Below are positions 18,370-27,760 of a stretch of 64,000 bases of DNA, in pieces. Source of the DNA: Minisyncoccota bacterium (GTDB taxonomy: Bacteria > Patescibacteriota > Minisyncoccia > Phycocordibacterales > JAQTLZ01); NCBI GenBank assembly GCA_028714635.1, contig JAQTLZ010000002.1, forward strand, positions 9,362-73,361. The letters are read 5' to 3'. The translations under genes and the position numbers were made by a program. The notes beneath the pieces were generated by a model, which ran no database searches, was not told the origin of the DNA, and saw nothing but the letters and a program-made list of their open reading frames with translations. Position 1 is the stretch's first letter. Each line of letters opens with the position of its first letter.

Positions 18370-18398
18370 TTTATAGAAAGACATAGCGATTTATAGCC

Positions 18399-19193
18399 CT
18401 ATTTCAATGTTATAGAGACTGGGCAATGATCTGAACCCATGACTTCCGGGTGAATTTCAGCCTTTGTAACTTTATCTTTCAATCCCGAAGACACAAGTAC
18501 ATAGTCTATTCTCCAGCCCACATTTCGAGCTCGAGCGTTGGCGAAGTGCGACCACCAAGTATAGAAACCATTTCCTTTGTGAGACATTCTGAATGTGTCG
18601 ACAAATCCAGCATCAATGAAAGCTTGGAATCCCGCTCGTTCTTCTTTGGTGAAACCTTTGAGCCCATCATTTTCTTTCGGCCGGGCCAAATCATCGGGAG
18701 TATGGGCAACATTCAGATCTCCGCAAAAGATGACAGGTTTTTTCTTTTCTAAACTTTTACAATACGCAAGAAATGCCGGATCCCATTGCTTATGTCGAAG
18801 GGGAATTCGACTCAAATCATCTTTCGCGTTGGGAGTATAGACCGTGACGATATAAAAATCCTTATATTCAGCCATAATGACGCGCCCTTCGGTCCGAGGA
18901 TCTCCATAGGTATCTGCACAAAGCCCAAATTTCTCACTTATTGCCTCCGGAAGGCCATTTACTATAGAAAGAGGTTTTGTTTTGGTAAAGATGGCAGTAC
19001 CGGAATATCCCTTCTTTACAGCAGAATTCCAATATTCTTCGTATTGGGGCAGATCTACGGGAGATTCGTGCTCTTGCGCCTTTGTCTCTTGCAAACACAA
19101 GATATCCGGATCATATTTTTCGATAAACGGAAGAAAAAGCCCTTTTTTGACGACAGCTCGTATACCATTCACATTCCAAGAAATGATTTTCAT
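18399..19193 (-). CDS. xth: Exodeoxyribonuclease III
   Basis: MKIISWNVNGIRA ... SDHCPVSITL. Confidence 0.9.
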   Translation of the reverse strand: MKIISWNVNGIRAVVKKGLFLPFIEKYDPDILCLQETKAQEHESPVDLPQYEEYWNSAVKKGYSGTAIFTKTKPLSIVNGLPEAISEKFGLCADTYGDPRTEGRVIMAEYKDFYIVTVYTPNAKDDLSRIPLRHKQWDPAFLAYCKSLEKKKPVIFCGDLNVAHTPDDLARPKENDGLKGFTKEERAGFQAFIDAGFVDTFRMSHKGNGFYTWWSHFANARARNVGWRIDYVLVSSGLKDKVTKAEIHPEVMGSDHCPVSITLK

Positions 19194-19231
19194 GGAACTA
19201 CTATAGCATTTTTAAAAAGTTTTTCAGTTTC

Positions 19232-20185
19232 CTAGTTTCGTTTCTTATCATGAAACTGCTTGTGAATGTCGTGGAGATGTTTGTCTGTCATATGCGTATA
19301 GATCTGTGTCGTACTTATGTTTGAATGCCCAAGAAGCATCTGCACAGAGCGCAGATCAGCCCCATTTTGCAATAAGTCAGTGGCGAAGCTGTGGCGCAAG
19401 CTGTGCGGGGTGACTTTTTTCGAGACTCCGGCCTTGATCGCATAGTGTTTCACCAAACGCTCTACTGAACGCGAAGAAAGCTGCATTCCTTTATTTTTTC
19501 TATCGATTTTCCCGAATCCTCGCTCTTCTATTTGGGTGAAAAGGGAATCGTCCATATCTTTTCGCTTTTTCAAATACTTTTGAAGCATTTCTTTTGCAGT
19601 TTTTGAGAGAAATACTACTCGAACCTTCTCACCTTTCCCCCGGACAGAGAATTCGTCTCGGCTAATGTCCAAATCCCGAGGAAGTTTACAAAGTTCTGAT
19701 ACTCGAAGGCCGGTGGAGAAAAGCATCTCAAGAATGGCTCGGTCACGGAGCTGTTTGAGACTATCGCCCTCTGCCGCTTTAAGGACGCGAGAGAGTTCTT
19801 CAGAAGAAATGGTATCGATCGAGCGCTCTGGCACCTTTGCAAGCTCAATCCTGTCCGGCGAGAGGGAAGGAATGCCTCGGTAGACTAAATATTTGAGAAA
19901 TGAGCGAAGAGCGATGAGATAATAATTCTGGGTTTTCTTTTTGAGCGTATCGGAATCACCGCGAGTCGGTTTTGCACTCTGGCGATTGAGCCAAAGCCGG
20001 AATTCCCGGACAGCGGAATCCGTGATATCGGTTGGTTTTTTGAGTTTCGAATACTGAAGAAAGCGAGTTAAGTAGCGCTCATAGTTTTCAACGGTTTTTT
20101 TGCTTCGTCCCTTGTCAATTTCAACGTATTGGAGAAATTCCTTTTTGAGTTCATCTAAATTCGCCATTATTTTATTATACACCAC
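19232..20185 (-). CDS. Tyrosine site-specific recombinase (XerC/XerD family)
   Basis: HSLRHSFATDLLQNGADLRSVQMLLGHSNISTTQIYTH catalytic box. N-terminal SAM-like domain. Confidence 0.85.
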   Translation of the reverse strand: MVYNKIMANLDELKKEFLQYVEIDKGRSKKTVENYERYLTRFLQYSKLKKPTDITDSAVREFRLWLNRQSAKPTRGDSDTLKKKTQNYYLIALRSFLKYLVYRGIPSLSPDRIELAKVPERSIDTISSEELSRVLKAAEGDSLKQLRDRAILEMLFSTGLRVSELCKLPRDLDISRDEFSVRGKGEKVRVVFLSKTAKEMLQKYLKKRKDMDDSLFTQIEERGFGKIDRKNKGMQLSSRSVERLVKHYAIKAGVSKKVTPHSLRHSFATDLLQNGADLRSVQMLLGHSNISTTQIYTHMTDKHLHDIHKQFHDKKRN

Positions 20186-20204
20186 TGTCGCACAATATTC
20201 TGAG

Positions 20205-20240
20205 AAATAAAAAACCAGTGCCGCGAAAGCACACTGGTTT
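20205..20240 (-). terminator. Rho-independent terminator for the 20246-20554 gene (AACCAGTG...CACTGGTT hairpin plus U-run on the minus strand)
   Basis: Hairpin followed by TTTTTTATTT on the minus strand. Confidence 0.6.
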
Positions 20241-20245
20241 CAAAA

Positions 20246-20554
20246 TTAAAGACCTATACTCTTAAAGAAAGAGGTCGACAAAACATCTCCAGACGGGATG
20301 CGAATTTGCATGCTACCGTCAAATCTCTCAAATCCCACAAACAAGACTAGAGAGCATTGTTCACAAGCCACAGTAAGACCAATCGATTTTGCTGAATCAA
20401 TGCCGCGATGCACAGAAAACTGCCTGTGGCCACATTTGCATCTAAGCTGTTGCAATAGGGGTTTATCCCTATCCGCACCTTGTAGAATTGGAACTGTATC
20501 TATCATCTCCACGACGATCTCCTTAGATTGGGTTCTAAAAGCTGATCGAGACAA
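20246..20554 (-). CDS. Small Cys-rich protein (possible zinc ribbon, CKCGH...CEQC)
   Basis: ORF with its own terminator. Confidence 0.4.
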   Translation of the reverse strand: MSRSAFRTQSKEIVVEMIDTVPILQGADRDKPLLQQLRCKCGHRQFSVHRGIDSAKSIGLTVACEQCSLVLFVGFERFDGSMQIRIPSGDVLSTSFFKSIGL

Positions 20555-20723
20555 GCACGATGCCTGTCAAAGAACTTCGCATAGGCTAGAACAAAAATAT
20601 CTTTTGGTAAATTTAGAATTACTAAACTTTTGATAATTCTACGAACTGTTAATAATATCCATTATTTATTGGCTTTTTTAGAATGATATTTACATATATA
20701 GTTGTAAATGTTAAACTACAACT

Positions 20724-21503
20724 ATGGGCATAAAAACAGAAATAAGTGAGTTTTTAAGAGAGCTCGGTCTGCGAAAGGCTGAAATAGCAGTATATTTGGC
20801 TGCTCTGGAACTTGGTTCGGCTTCGGCAAGTACTATCGCCAAGGAAGCTGACCTCAATAGGATTACTGCCTATGAGGCATTGAAGCGACTTTCTCGCAAG
20901 GGTTTTATAAGAATCAGAGCTAAGAAGAGTGACGCTACAAAATATTTTGTGCCAGTCGAGTATTCAGAGCTCGTGGGCAAGCTTAAACTCAAACATGAAG
21001 AACTAGCCGAAACGATCAAACGAGCAGGACTTTTGAAAAAAGAATTCGAAGCAAACTTCACCAAAGTCGATGAAAAACCAGTCGTTCTCTACTATGAAGG
21101 AGTTGAGGGAGTAAAGGAAGTACTCAATGACACCCTCAAAGACAGGCCGAAGGAAATTATTTCTTTTGCTTCTGCTGAATCTTTAGACGAAAGTCTTGAT
21201 CAGAATTTTTTAGACAGCTACTGGCAAAAAAGAACAACTCTTGGTATTCCCACGCGTGGAATTATGCCAAACACCTCCAAAGCTACCGCTCTCTTCACAA
21301 AAGAGAAAAATCAGAGGGAAATGAGGAGAATAAAATTTATTTCTGACAAATCGTATGATTTCAAAAATGAACTCGATATTTATGGGGACAATATTTCCAT
21401 GATTTCGCTCGAAAAGGGCAAGGAACATGCTGTTATTATACGAAGCAGGAGTATGGCGGAAGGATTAAGAGCCGTATACGAGACCCTCTGGAATCTAACC
21501 TAA
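20724..21503 (+). CDS. TrmB family transcriptional regulator
   Basis: LGLRKAEIAVYLAALELGSASASTIAKEADLNRITAYEALKRLSRKGFI. Confidence 0.75.
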   Translation: MGIKTEISEFLRELGLRKAEIAVYLAALELGSASASTIAKEADLNRITAYEALKRLSRKGFIRIRAKKSDATKYFVPVEYSELVGKLKLKHEELAETIKRAGLLKKEFEANFTKVDEKPVVLYYEGVEGVKEVLNDTLKDRPKEIISFASAESLDESLDQNFLDSYWQKRTTLGIPTRGIMPNTSKATALFTKEKNQREMRRIKFISDKSYDFKNELDIYGDNISMISLEKGKEHAVIIRSRSMAEGLRAVYETLWNLT

Positions 21504-21518
21504 CTAGAGGAAGGGGGC

Positions 21519-21547
21519 TTGCATTAAATCAGGTTTCGTGATACCAT
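21519..21547 (+). promoter_or_regulatory. Promoter of rpsO: TTGCAT, 17-nt spacer, TACCAT
   Basis: Hexamers and spacing. Confidence 0.5.
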
Positions 21548-21556
21548 ACTGGGACC

Positions 21557-21829
21557 ATGTTAACAAAGACAAAGAAACAGCGGGTAATGAAAGAAACACG
21601 GATCCACGATAAGGATACCGGTTCTCCTGAAGTACAGATCGCTCTTCTCACGAAGAGAATTGCTGAATTGGCAGGACATTTGAAGAAACACCAAAAGGAC
21701 AACCACTCACGACGAGGACTTCTCCAGATGGTAGCAGACAGACAGACTCACATGGCATATCTTTTGAAGAAAAATCCAAAGAGACACTCTGCAATCCTCA
21801 AACATCTCGATATCAAGAAGGCAAAATAA
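21557..21829 (+). CDS. rpsO: 30S ribosomal protein S15
   Basis: DTGSPEVQIALLTKRIAELAGHLKKHQKDNHSRRGLLQMV. Confidence 0.9.
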   Translation: MLTKTKKQRVMKETRIHDKDTGSPEVQIALLTKRIAELAGHLKKHQKDNHSRRGLLQMVADRQTHMAYLLKKNPKRHSAILKHLDIKKAK

Positions 21830-21859
21830 AAAAATGACCCTTCCGAGGGTCATTTTTTT
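21826..21859 (+). terminator. Rho-independent terminator (TGACCCTTCCGAGGGTCA plus T7)
   Basis: Hairpin and U-run. Confidence 0.7.
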
Positions 21860-21938
21860 CGCAGTTTCATTTTAATCGGTCGATTTCGTCTTTCAGCATG
21901 GAAGCAGTATACTTTTTATACGTAATAATTAATTTTAT

Positions 21939-22466
21939 ATGACAGTAATTAAACACAAAGAACAGAGAGTCGGTATTTTTATAGATACACAGAACCTCTA
22001 CCATAGCGCGAAAAATCTGTATCACGCTCGGGTCAATTTCGGACAGATCATTAAAGACGGACTTGCGGGCCGAGCGCTCATCAGAGCGGTCGCCTACGTC
22101 ATCACCACGGAAAGCGGTGAGGAAAAGCCCTTTTTCGAAGCGCTTGAAAAAGTCGGCATCGAAACAAAGACAAAAAATCTCCAGATTTTCGCTGGAGGAA
22201 GCAAGAAAGCAGACTGGGACGTCGGACTTGCGGTGGATGCTATCAAGGCGGCGCCGAAGCTCGACACAGTTATCATCGTTTCCGGAGACGGGGACTTTGT
22301 TCCGCTCATCGAATACTTAAAAGTAAACGAGGGATGCCAAGTGGAAGTGATGGCCTTCGGGAAATCTACTTCACAGAAGCTTGTCGAAGCGTCGGATGAC
22401 TTTATCGACCTTTGCGAAAATCCTAAGAAATATCTCTTGAGCCAAGGTGGCCCACGCCGGGGATAA
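21939..22466 (+). CDS. NYN domain (LabA-like) protein
   Basis: VGIFIDTQNLYHSAKNLY ... VIIVSGDGDFVPLIEYL. Confidence 0.75.
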   Translation: MTVIKHKEQRVGIFIDTQNLYHSAKNLYHARVNFGQIIKDGLAGRALIRAVAYVITTESGEEKPFFEALEKVGIETKTKNLQIFAGGSKKADWDVGLAVDAIKAAPKLDTVIIVSGDGDFVPLIEYLKVNEGCQVEVMAFGKSTSQKLVEASDDFIDLCENPKKYLLSQGGPRRG

Positions 22467-22643
22467 AATTCTCAATGCAACAAAAATCCGCACCACTAGG
22501 TGCGGATTTTTGTTGCACGTGCATTTTATAAGCATTTTGCTACACTAACTCTATTATTCAATAAGTATGGTCTTCAGACAGGTAGATTTCAGGGCCGAGC
22601 CCATGGAAATCTAAAATCTGGGGATCATCTACACGTTTTCTAT

Positions 22644-24776
22644 ATGAAGAAAAAAGAATACTCGATTGAGATTGGAGGCAAGGTAATTTCTGCCCAATTT
22701 ACCGACCTCGCCGACCAGACAAACGGCTCGGCCATCGTGCGATGTGGGAATACTGTCGTCCTCGCGACAGCAGTTATGTCGGAACACGAGAAAGACGGCG
22801 ATTGGTTTCCACTGACAGTGGATTACGAAGAGCGATTTTATGCTTCGGGAAAAATTCTCGGAAGTCGATTTATGCGCCGAGAAGGGAGGCCGACTGATGA
22901 AGCAATCCTTTCGGGAAGAATTGTCGACCGAACCATCCGACCGCTTTTCAACCAGGCAATACGAAATGAAGTGCAGGTGGTGATTACCATTCTTTCTATT
23001 GATACTGAAGACCCAGATGTGCTCGCCGTTCTCGCATCTTCCCTCGCGCTCGGCACTTCAAATATTCCTTGGGCAGGACCGGTGAGTGCGATTCGAGTTG
23101 GAAAAAAGCTCGGGGCGAATGAATTTTTGATAAACCCAAATTACGAAAATCGAAACGCAACGGACTTCGAGCTCGATCTTCTTGCCTGCGGAAAAGACAG
23201 CAACATCAACATGATCGAAGTGGGAGGAAAAGAAATCGAAAACGAAGTGATCGCTTCCGGACTTGAAAAGTGTTCTGAAGAAATCGAGAAACTCCAAGCA
23301 TTCCAAGCAAAAATCATAACGGAAATCGGTAAACCGAAAAAAGAAATTGCGCTTCCAATTCTTTCAGAAGCGATGAAAGCATTGTACGAAGAAACTGTTT
23401 CAAGCAAACTCGAGAAAGCAGTCTTCAGTGGAGCAGGACACGAACATATTCATGCTCTCAAAAAGGAATGGAAGAATAATCTCGAAGCAAAATTTGGAAA
23501 AGACGAAAAATTCGGTCTTGCATTCGAACATTTTGAAAACAAGATCAACGACCTCCTTCACAAAGAAGCGATCGAAAAAGAACGACGGCCTGATGGACGA
23601 AAGATGGATGAGGTTCGACCGCTGTATGTGCAAGCTGGAGGAATTTCTCCGATCATTCACGGAACTGGAATCTTTTACCGAGGAGGAACGCACGTCCTTT
23701 CTGCGCTCACTCTCGGAGGCCCAGGAGACTCACAAATTCTCGATGGGATGGAAATAGAGGGGCAGAAACGATTTATGCATCACTACAATTTCCCTCCCTT
23801 TTCTTCAGGAGAAACAGGAAGAATGGGCGGGACAAATCGACGAATGATCGGCCACGGAGCACTTGCAGAAAAAGCGCTTCTTGCAGTCATCCCTGCAAAA
23901 GAAGTTTTTCCTTATACAATCCGCATCGTATCAGAATCCCTCGCATCAAATGGCTCAACATCAATGGCATCGACATGCGCTTCTACTATCGCTCTTATGG
24001 ATGCGGGAGTGCCGATTAGCGCACCGGTTGCCGGCATCGCATCAGGACTTATGCTCTCTGCTGTAAAGAGTGGCGGGAAAACAGAATACAAATACAAAGT
24101 ACTCACTGATATTCAAGGACCGGAAGACCACCACGGAGATATGGATTTTAAAGTGGCGGGAACAAAAAAGGGAATTACCGCGATTCAAATGGATGTGAAA
24201 GTTGATGGCGTGCCGATCTTTATTTTGAAAGAAGCACTTGAGAAAGCGAAAAATGCTCGGCACTTTATTCTCGATGCAATGACAAAAGAAATCGCTGCTC
24301 CGCGAACAGAAATTTCTTCAAACGCTCCGAAAATTATCATCATCAAGATCAAACAAGACCAGATCGGAAGTGTCATCGGTCCTGGAGGAAAGATGATAAA
24401 AGAGATCAAAGAGAAAACAGGAGTAGAAATTGATATTGAAGATGATGGCTCGGTGTTTATCACGGGTTCATCAGATGGAGCAAAGATGGCAGCCCAGATT
24501 ATTTCTGATATGACTCGGGAATTTAAGAGGGGAGAAAGATTCGAAGGAGTTGTCACGAAGGTGGTGGAATTCGGAGCGTTCGTCCGATTTGCAGGACAAA
24601 CAGAAGGGCTCGTGCACGTTTCTGAAATTGCTCCATTCAGAATCGATATCGTTGGAAACTATCTGAAAGAGGGAGACAAAATTCCCGTTATTTTGAAAGA
24701 CATTGATGAGAAGGGAAGAATTAAGCTTTCGCTCAAAGATGCTGATCCGAGTTTCATAAAGCCGAAGATAAAATAA
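22644..24776 (+). CDS. pnp: Polynucleotide phosphorylase. Start taken at MKKKEYSIEIGG; the ORF-track N-terminal extension is ignored.
   Basis: Two RNase PH domains, then KH (GPGGKMIKEI) and S1 domains. Confidence 0.9.
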   Translation: MKKKEYSIEIGGKVISAQFTDLADQTNGSAIVRCGNTVVLATAVMSEHEKDGDWFPLTVDYEERFYASGKILGSRFMRREGRPTDEAILSGRIVDRTIRPLFNQAIRNEVQVVITILSIDTEDPDVLAVLASSLALGTSNIPWAGPVSAIRVGKKLGANEFLINPNYENRNATDFELDLLACGKDSNINMIEVGGKEIENEVIASGLEKCSEEIEKLQAFQAKIITEIGKPKKEIALPILSEAMKALYEETVSSKLEKAVFSGAGHEHIHALKKEWKNNLEAKFGKDEKFGLAFEHFENKINDLLHKEAIEKERRPDGRKMDEVRPLYVQAGGISPIIHGTGIFYRGGTHVLSALTLGGPGDSQILDGMEIEGQKRFMHHYNFPPFSSGETGRMGGTNRRMIGHGALAEKALLAVIPAKEVFPYTIRIVSESLASNGSTSMASTCASTIALMDAGVPISAPVAGIASGLMLSAVKSGGKTEYKYKVLTDIQGPEDHHGDMDFKVAGTKKGITAIQMDVKVDGVPIFILKEALEKAKNARHFILDAMTKEIAAPRTEISSNAPKIIIIKIKQDQIGSVIGPGGKMIKEIKEKTGVEIDIEDDGSVFITGSSDGAKMAAQIISDMTREFKRGERFEGVVTKVVEFGAFVRFAGQTEGLVHVSEIAPFRIDIVGNYLKEGDKIPVILKDIDEKGRIKLSLKDADPSFIKPKIK

Positions 24777-24788
24777 AGAGGGGAAAAA

Positions 24789-24822
24789 GGGCGCGCGGCC
24801 AGTAGGCCGCGCGCCCTTTTTT
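24789..24822 (+). terminator. Rho-independent terminator (GGGCGCGCGGCC-agta-GGCCGCGCGCCC plus T6)
   Basis: GC-rich hairpin and U-run. Confidence 0.7.
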
Positions 24823-24852
24823 GGTTTTCATTCTCCTTGTATACTATAATCC

Positions 24853-25791
24853 ATGGAAAATCCTGTTCCTCCAATCACACCTGCACAACCAACACCGATA
24901 AATCCTCCGGTGAAAACGGGAGTATCCTCGCTACGCACTTACCAAGATGATATCGCAGGCGCGGTGAATAAAGAAAAAGCTTCAATGATCACGATCGCTC
25001 TCGCCGAAGCAAAAAAACGCGAACAGAATGTCGAGATCGCCAAAGAATCCTCTTTTTCCGGAAGAAATGTTTGGATCACTGTTATAAGCGTCGTCCTTGT
25101 TTTGCTGGCCGTAGGCATCGTCCTTTTCTTTCATTTTGAACAAAAACCAGTTCCGATCGCAGAAACTCGCATTGCTGAAAATCCGATTCTCATTGCGGAC
25201 GCGGAAAAAATTATTCCGATTCCAAATCTACGGCGGCAAAATATTATTTCCGCACTCCAGTCAGAAAAACAAACAGGTACAGGAGAAATAGGCGCCGTAG
25301 AAAATATCCGATTCCAAACCGGAGACCCTCTGACAAAAAGAGATATCCCTGCGGGAGAATTCCTAGGAGCTCTCTCCTCTACAATTCCGGGGAATCTTTC
25401 GCGCTCAATAAGTCCTACATATGTCCTCGGAATGCACTCATTCAAAAAGAATGAACTTTTCATAATTCTCAAAGTTGACTCGTATCAAAATGCATTTGCG
25501 GGAATGCTCACTTGGGAAAAAACGATGTTTACCGAGCTTGGGCCTCTCTTTCTCGATGAAGCGCCAAAGGCAAGCGACTTTGCTCCAGGAGCAAAATACG
25601 GCAACGGCACATGGAGCGATGCCATCATAGGGAATAGCGACTCACGAGCAGTAGAGGATAAGGAAACGGGTGAATTTGTATTTCTTTATTCTTTCCTCGA
25701 TAAAAACACTATCCTTATCACGTCCAACGAAGATACTGTGAAAGAAGTTTCGAATCGCATCCGAGCACGAGAACTTATAAAAAATAATTAA
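24853..25791 (+). CDS. Hypothetical single-pass membrane protein (Pro-rich N-terminus)
   Basis: ORF with TM segment VWITVISVVLVLLAVGIVLFF. Confidence 0.45.
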   Translation: MENPVPPITPAQPTPINPPVKTGVSSLRTYQDDIAGAVNKEKASMITIALAEAKKREQNVEIAKESSFSGRNVWITVISVVLVLLAVGIVLFFHFEQKPVPIAETRIAENPILIADAEKIIPIPNLRRQNIISALQSEKQTGTGEIGAVENIRFQTGDPLTKRDIPAGEFLGALSSTIPGNLSRSISPTYVLGMHSFKKNELFIILKVDSYQNAFAGMLTWEKTMFTELGPLFLDEAPKASDFAPGAKYGNGTWSDAIIGNSDSRAVEDKETGEFVFLYSFLDKNTILITSNEDTVKEVSNRIRARELIKNN

Positions 25792-25828
25792 TTGTCTTTC
25801 TCAAAAGTAATTTGCTATCATTTTATCT

Positions 25829-26188
25829 ATGACAGACACAACAGAGTACAAAAAAGCCCTCGAAAAAGAACTCTCGCTCCTTGAATCGGAGCTGAAAACT
25901 GTCGGGCGAAAAAATCCGGACAATCCCAAAGATTGGCAACCTACTCCTACTGACCTCAACACTCTCCAATCAGATGAGAACGAAGTCGCAGACAGTATTG
26001 AAACATTCGAAGAAAATACGGCGATCTTGAAAGATCTTGAGATCAGATATAACGAAGTGAAATCGGCTCTCCAAAGAATTGCTGACGGCACTTTCGGCAA
26101 ATGCAGTGTTTGTAATCTGCCAATAGAAGCAAAAAAACTTGAAGCAAATCCGGCTGCGACAACCTGTATGAAGCACGTAAACTCATAA
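25829..26188 (+). CDS. DksA/TraR family C4-type zinc-finger protein
   Basis: Coiled-coil N-terminus and C-terminal CSVC...C.KH finger. Confidence 0.6.
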   Translation: MTDTTEYKKALEKELSLLESELKTVGRKNPDNPKDWQPTPTDLNTLQSDENEVADSIETFEENTAILKDLEIRYNEVKSALQRIADGTFGKCSVCNLPIEAKKLEANPAATTCMKHVNS

Positions 26189-26192
26189 CTCT

Positions 26193-27758
26193 ATGAGTTT
26201 TGCCAAGGTCTACAGCGCTCAAACAACTCTCCTCGACGCGCAGATCATAACGATCGAAGTGGATCTCTCAAAAGGACTCCACTCTTTTTCTATAGTGGGC
26301 CTCCCCGACAAAGGAATTGAAGAATCCCGCGATCGAGTGGGAGCGGCGATAAAAAATTCCGGTTTCAAATCTCCGAAAAATAAAAACCAAAAGGTGGTGG
26401 TCTCGCTCGCGCCGGCAGACGTGAAAAAAGAAGGACCGCTTTTTGATCTGCCGATCGCACTCGCATACCTTCTTGCATCTGGAGACATTTCATTCAACCC
26501 GGGAAAGAAAATTTTTCTTGGCGAACTTTCTTTGGATGGGGAGCTCCGGAGCGTAAAAGGAATTCTGCCTCTTACACAAAAAGCAAAACAAAAAGGATTC
26601 GAAGAAATATACGTGCCCATAGAAAATGCCCGGGAAGCGGCGCTTATTGAAGGTATTCGAATATTCGGAGCAAAAAGTTTAAAAGAAATTATCGGCCACG
26701 TTCAGGAAGGAAAGAGTAAAGACCGAGAGGATTCGGTGATCGAAATCCGGAAAATTCCAGAAACTTCCAAAACAGAACTTCTTCATAAAATTCCCAAAGA
26801 TTTCAACGATTTTGCCGACATAAAAGGCCAAGAAGGAGCGAAAAGAGGGCTCGAGATTGCTGCAGCTGGAAGACACAATATCGCAATGTGGGGACCGCCG
26901 GGAACAGGAAAGACAATGCTCGCCGAAGCACTCATTCACATCTTGCCTCCTCTTTCATTTGAAGAAGCTCTTGAAACCACGGCAATCCACTCTGTGGCGG
27001 GAGCACTTCGCGGCGACCTCGTTACCAATCCTCCCTTCAGAAGTCCGCATCACACTTCATCCTATGTCTCGCTCATCGGCGGAGGCGTAACTCCTAAACC
27101 AGGAGAAGCAACGCTTGCGCACCGAGGAGTGCTTTTCTTAGACGAATTTCCAGAGTTTGATAGACGAGTGATTAATTCCTTGCGACAACCGCTCGAAGAA
27201 AGAGAAATTTCCATCTCCCGTGCAAAAGGTTCCGCCACATTTCCGGCGAATTTTATTTTGATTGCCGCAATGAATCCATGTCCCTGCGGAAATTGGGGAG
27301 TGAAAGGAAAAGAATGCGTTTGCTCGCCGATCACTATTTCACGATACCAAAGAAAAATCGGAGGCCCTGTGATGGATCGAATTGATATGTGGGTTGAAGT
27401 TTCAAAAGTAGATTACGGAAAACTCGGGAGTGAGCGGGAAGAAAAAAGCGAGACGGAAAGCGTGAAAAAACGAGTGGAGAGAGCGCGGGAAATTCAGAAA
27501 AGGCGATTTGAAAAAATAGGACGCGCTGGAAGTACTAACAGCGAGATAAAAGCGAGAGACCTCGCAAAAATAATTGTCCTCGAGCAAAAAGTGAAAGAAC
27601 TTCTCAATGCTTCAGCCCAAAAACTCGACCTGTCAGCAAGGGGGTACCACCGAGTACTGAAACTGTCGCGCACAATCGCAGATCTCGATGAAAGCGAGAG
27701 CGTAAAAGAGAAGCATATTCTCGAAGCTCTTCAGTACCGGCCGAAGAAACTGATCTAG
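26193..27758 (+). CDS. comM: Mg-chelatase-like AAA+ ATPase of the YifB/ComM family
   Basis: Lon-like N-terminal domain, Walker A GPPGTGKTM, C-terminal Mg-chelatase domain. Confidence 0.85.
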   Translation: MSFAKVYSAQTTLLDAQIITIEVDLSKGLHSFSIVGLPDKGIEESRDRVGAAIKNSGFKSPKNKNQKVVVSLAPADVKKEGPLFDLPIALAYLLASGDISFNPGKKIFLGELSLDGELRSVKGILPLTQKAKQKGFEEIYVPIENAREAALIEGIRIFGAKSLKEIIGHVQEGKSKDREDSVIEIRKIPETSKTELLHKIPKDFNDFADIKGQEGAKRGLEIAAAGRHNIAMWGPPGTGKTMLAEALIHILPPLSFEEALETTAIHSVAGALRGDLVTNPPFRSPHHTSSYVSLIGGGVTPKPGEATLAHRGVLFLDEFPEFDRRVINSLRQPLEEREISISRAKGSATFPANFILIAAMNPCPCGNWGVKGKECVCSPITISRYQRKIGGPVMDRIDMWVEVSKVDYGKLGSEREEKSETESVKKRVERAREIQKRRFEKIGRAGSTNSEIKARDLAKIIVLEQKVKELLNASAQKLDLSARGYHRVLKLSRTIADLDESESVKEKHILEALQYRPKKLI

Positions 27759-27760
27759 AA

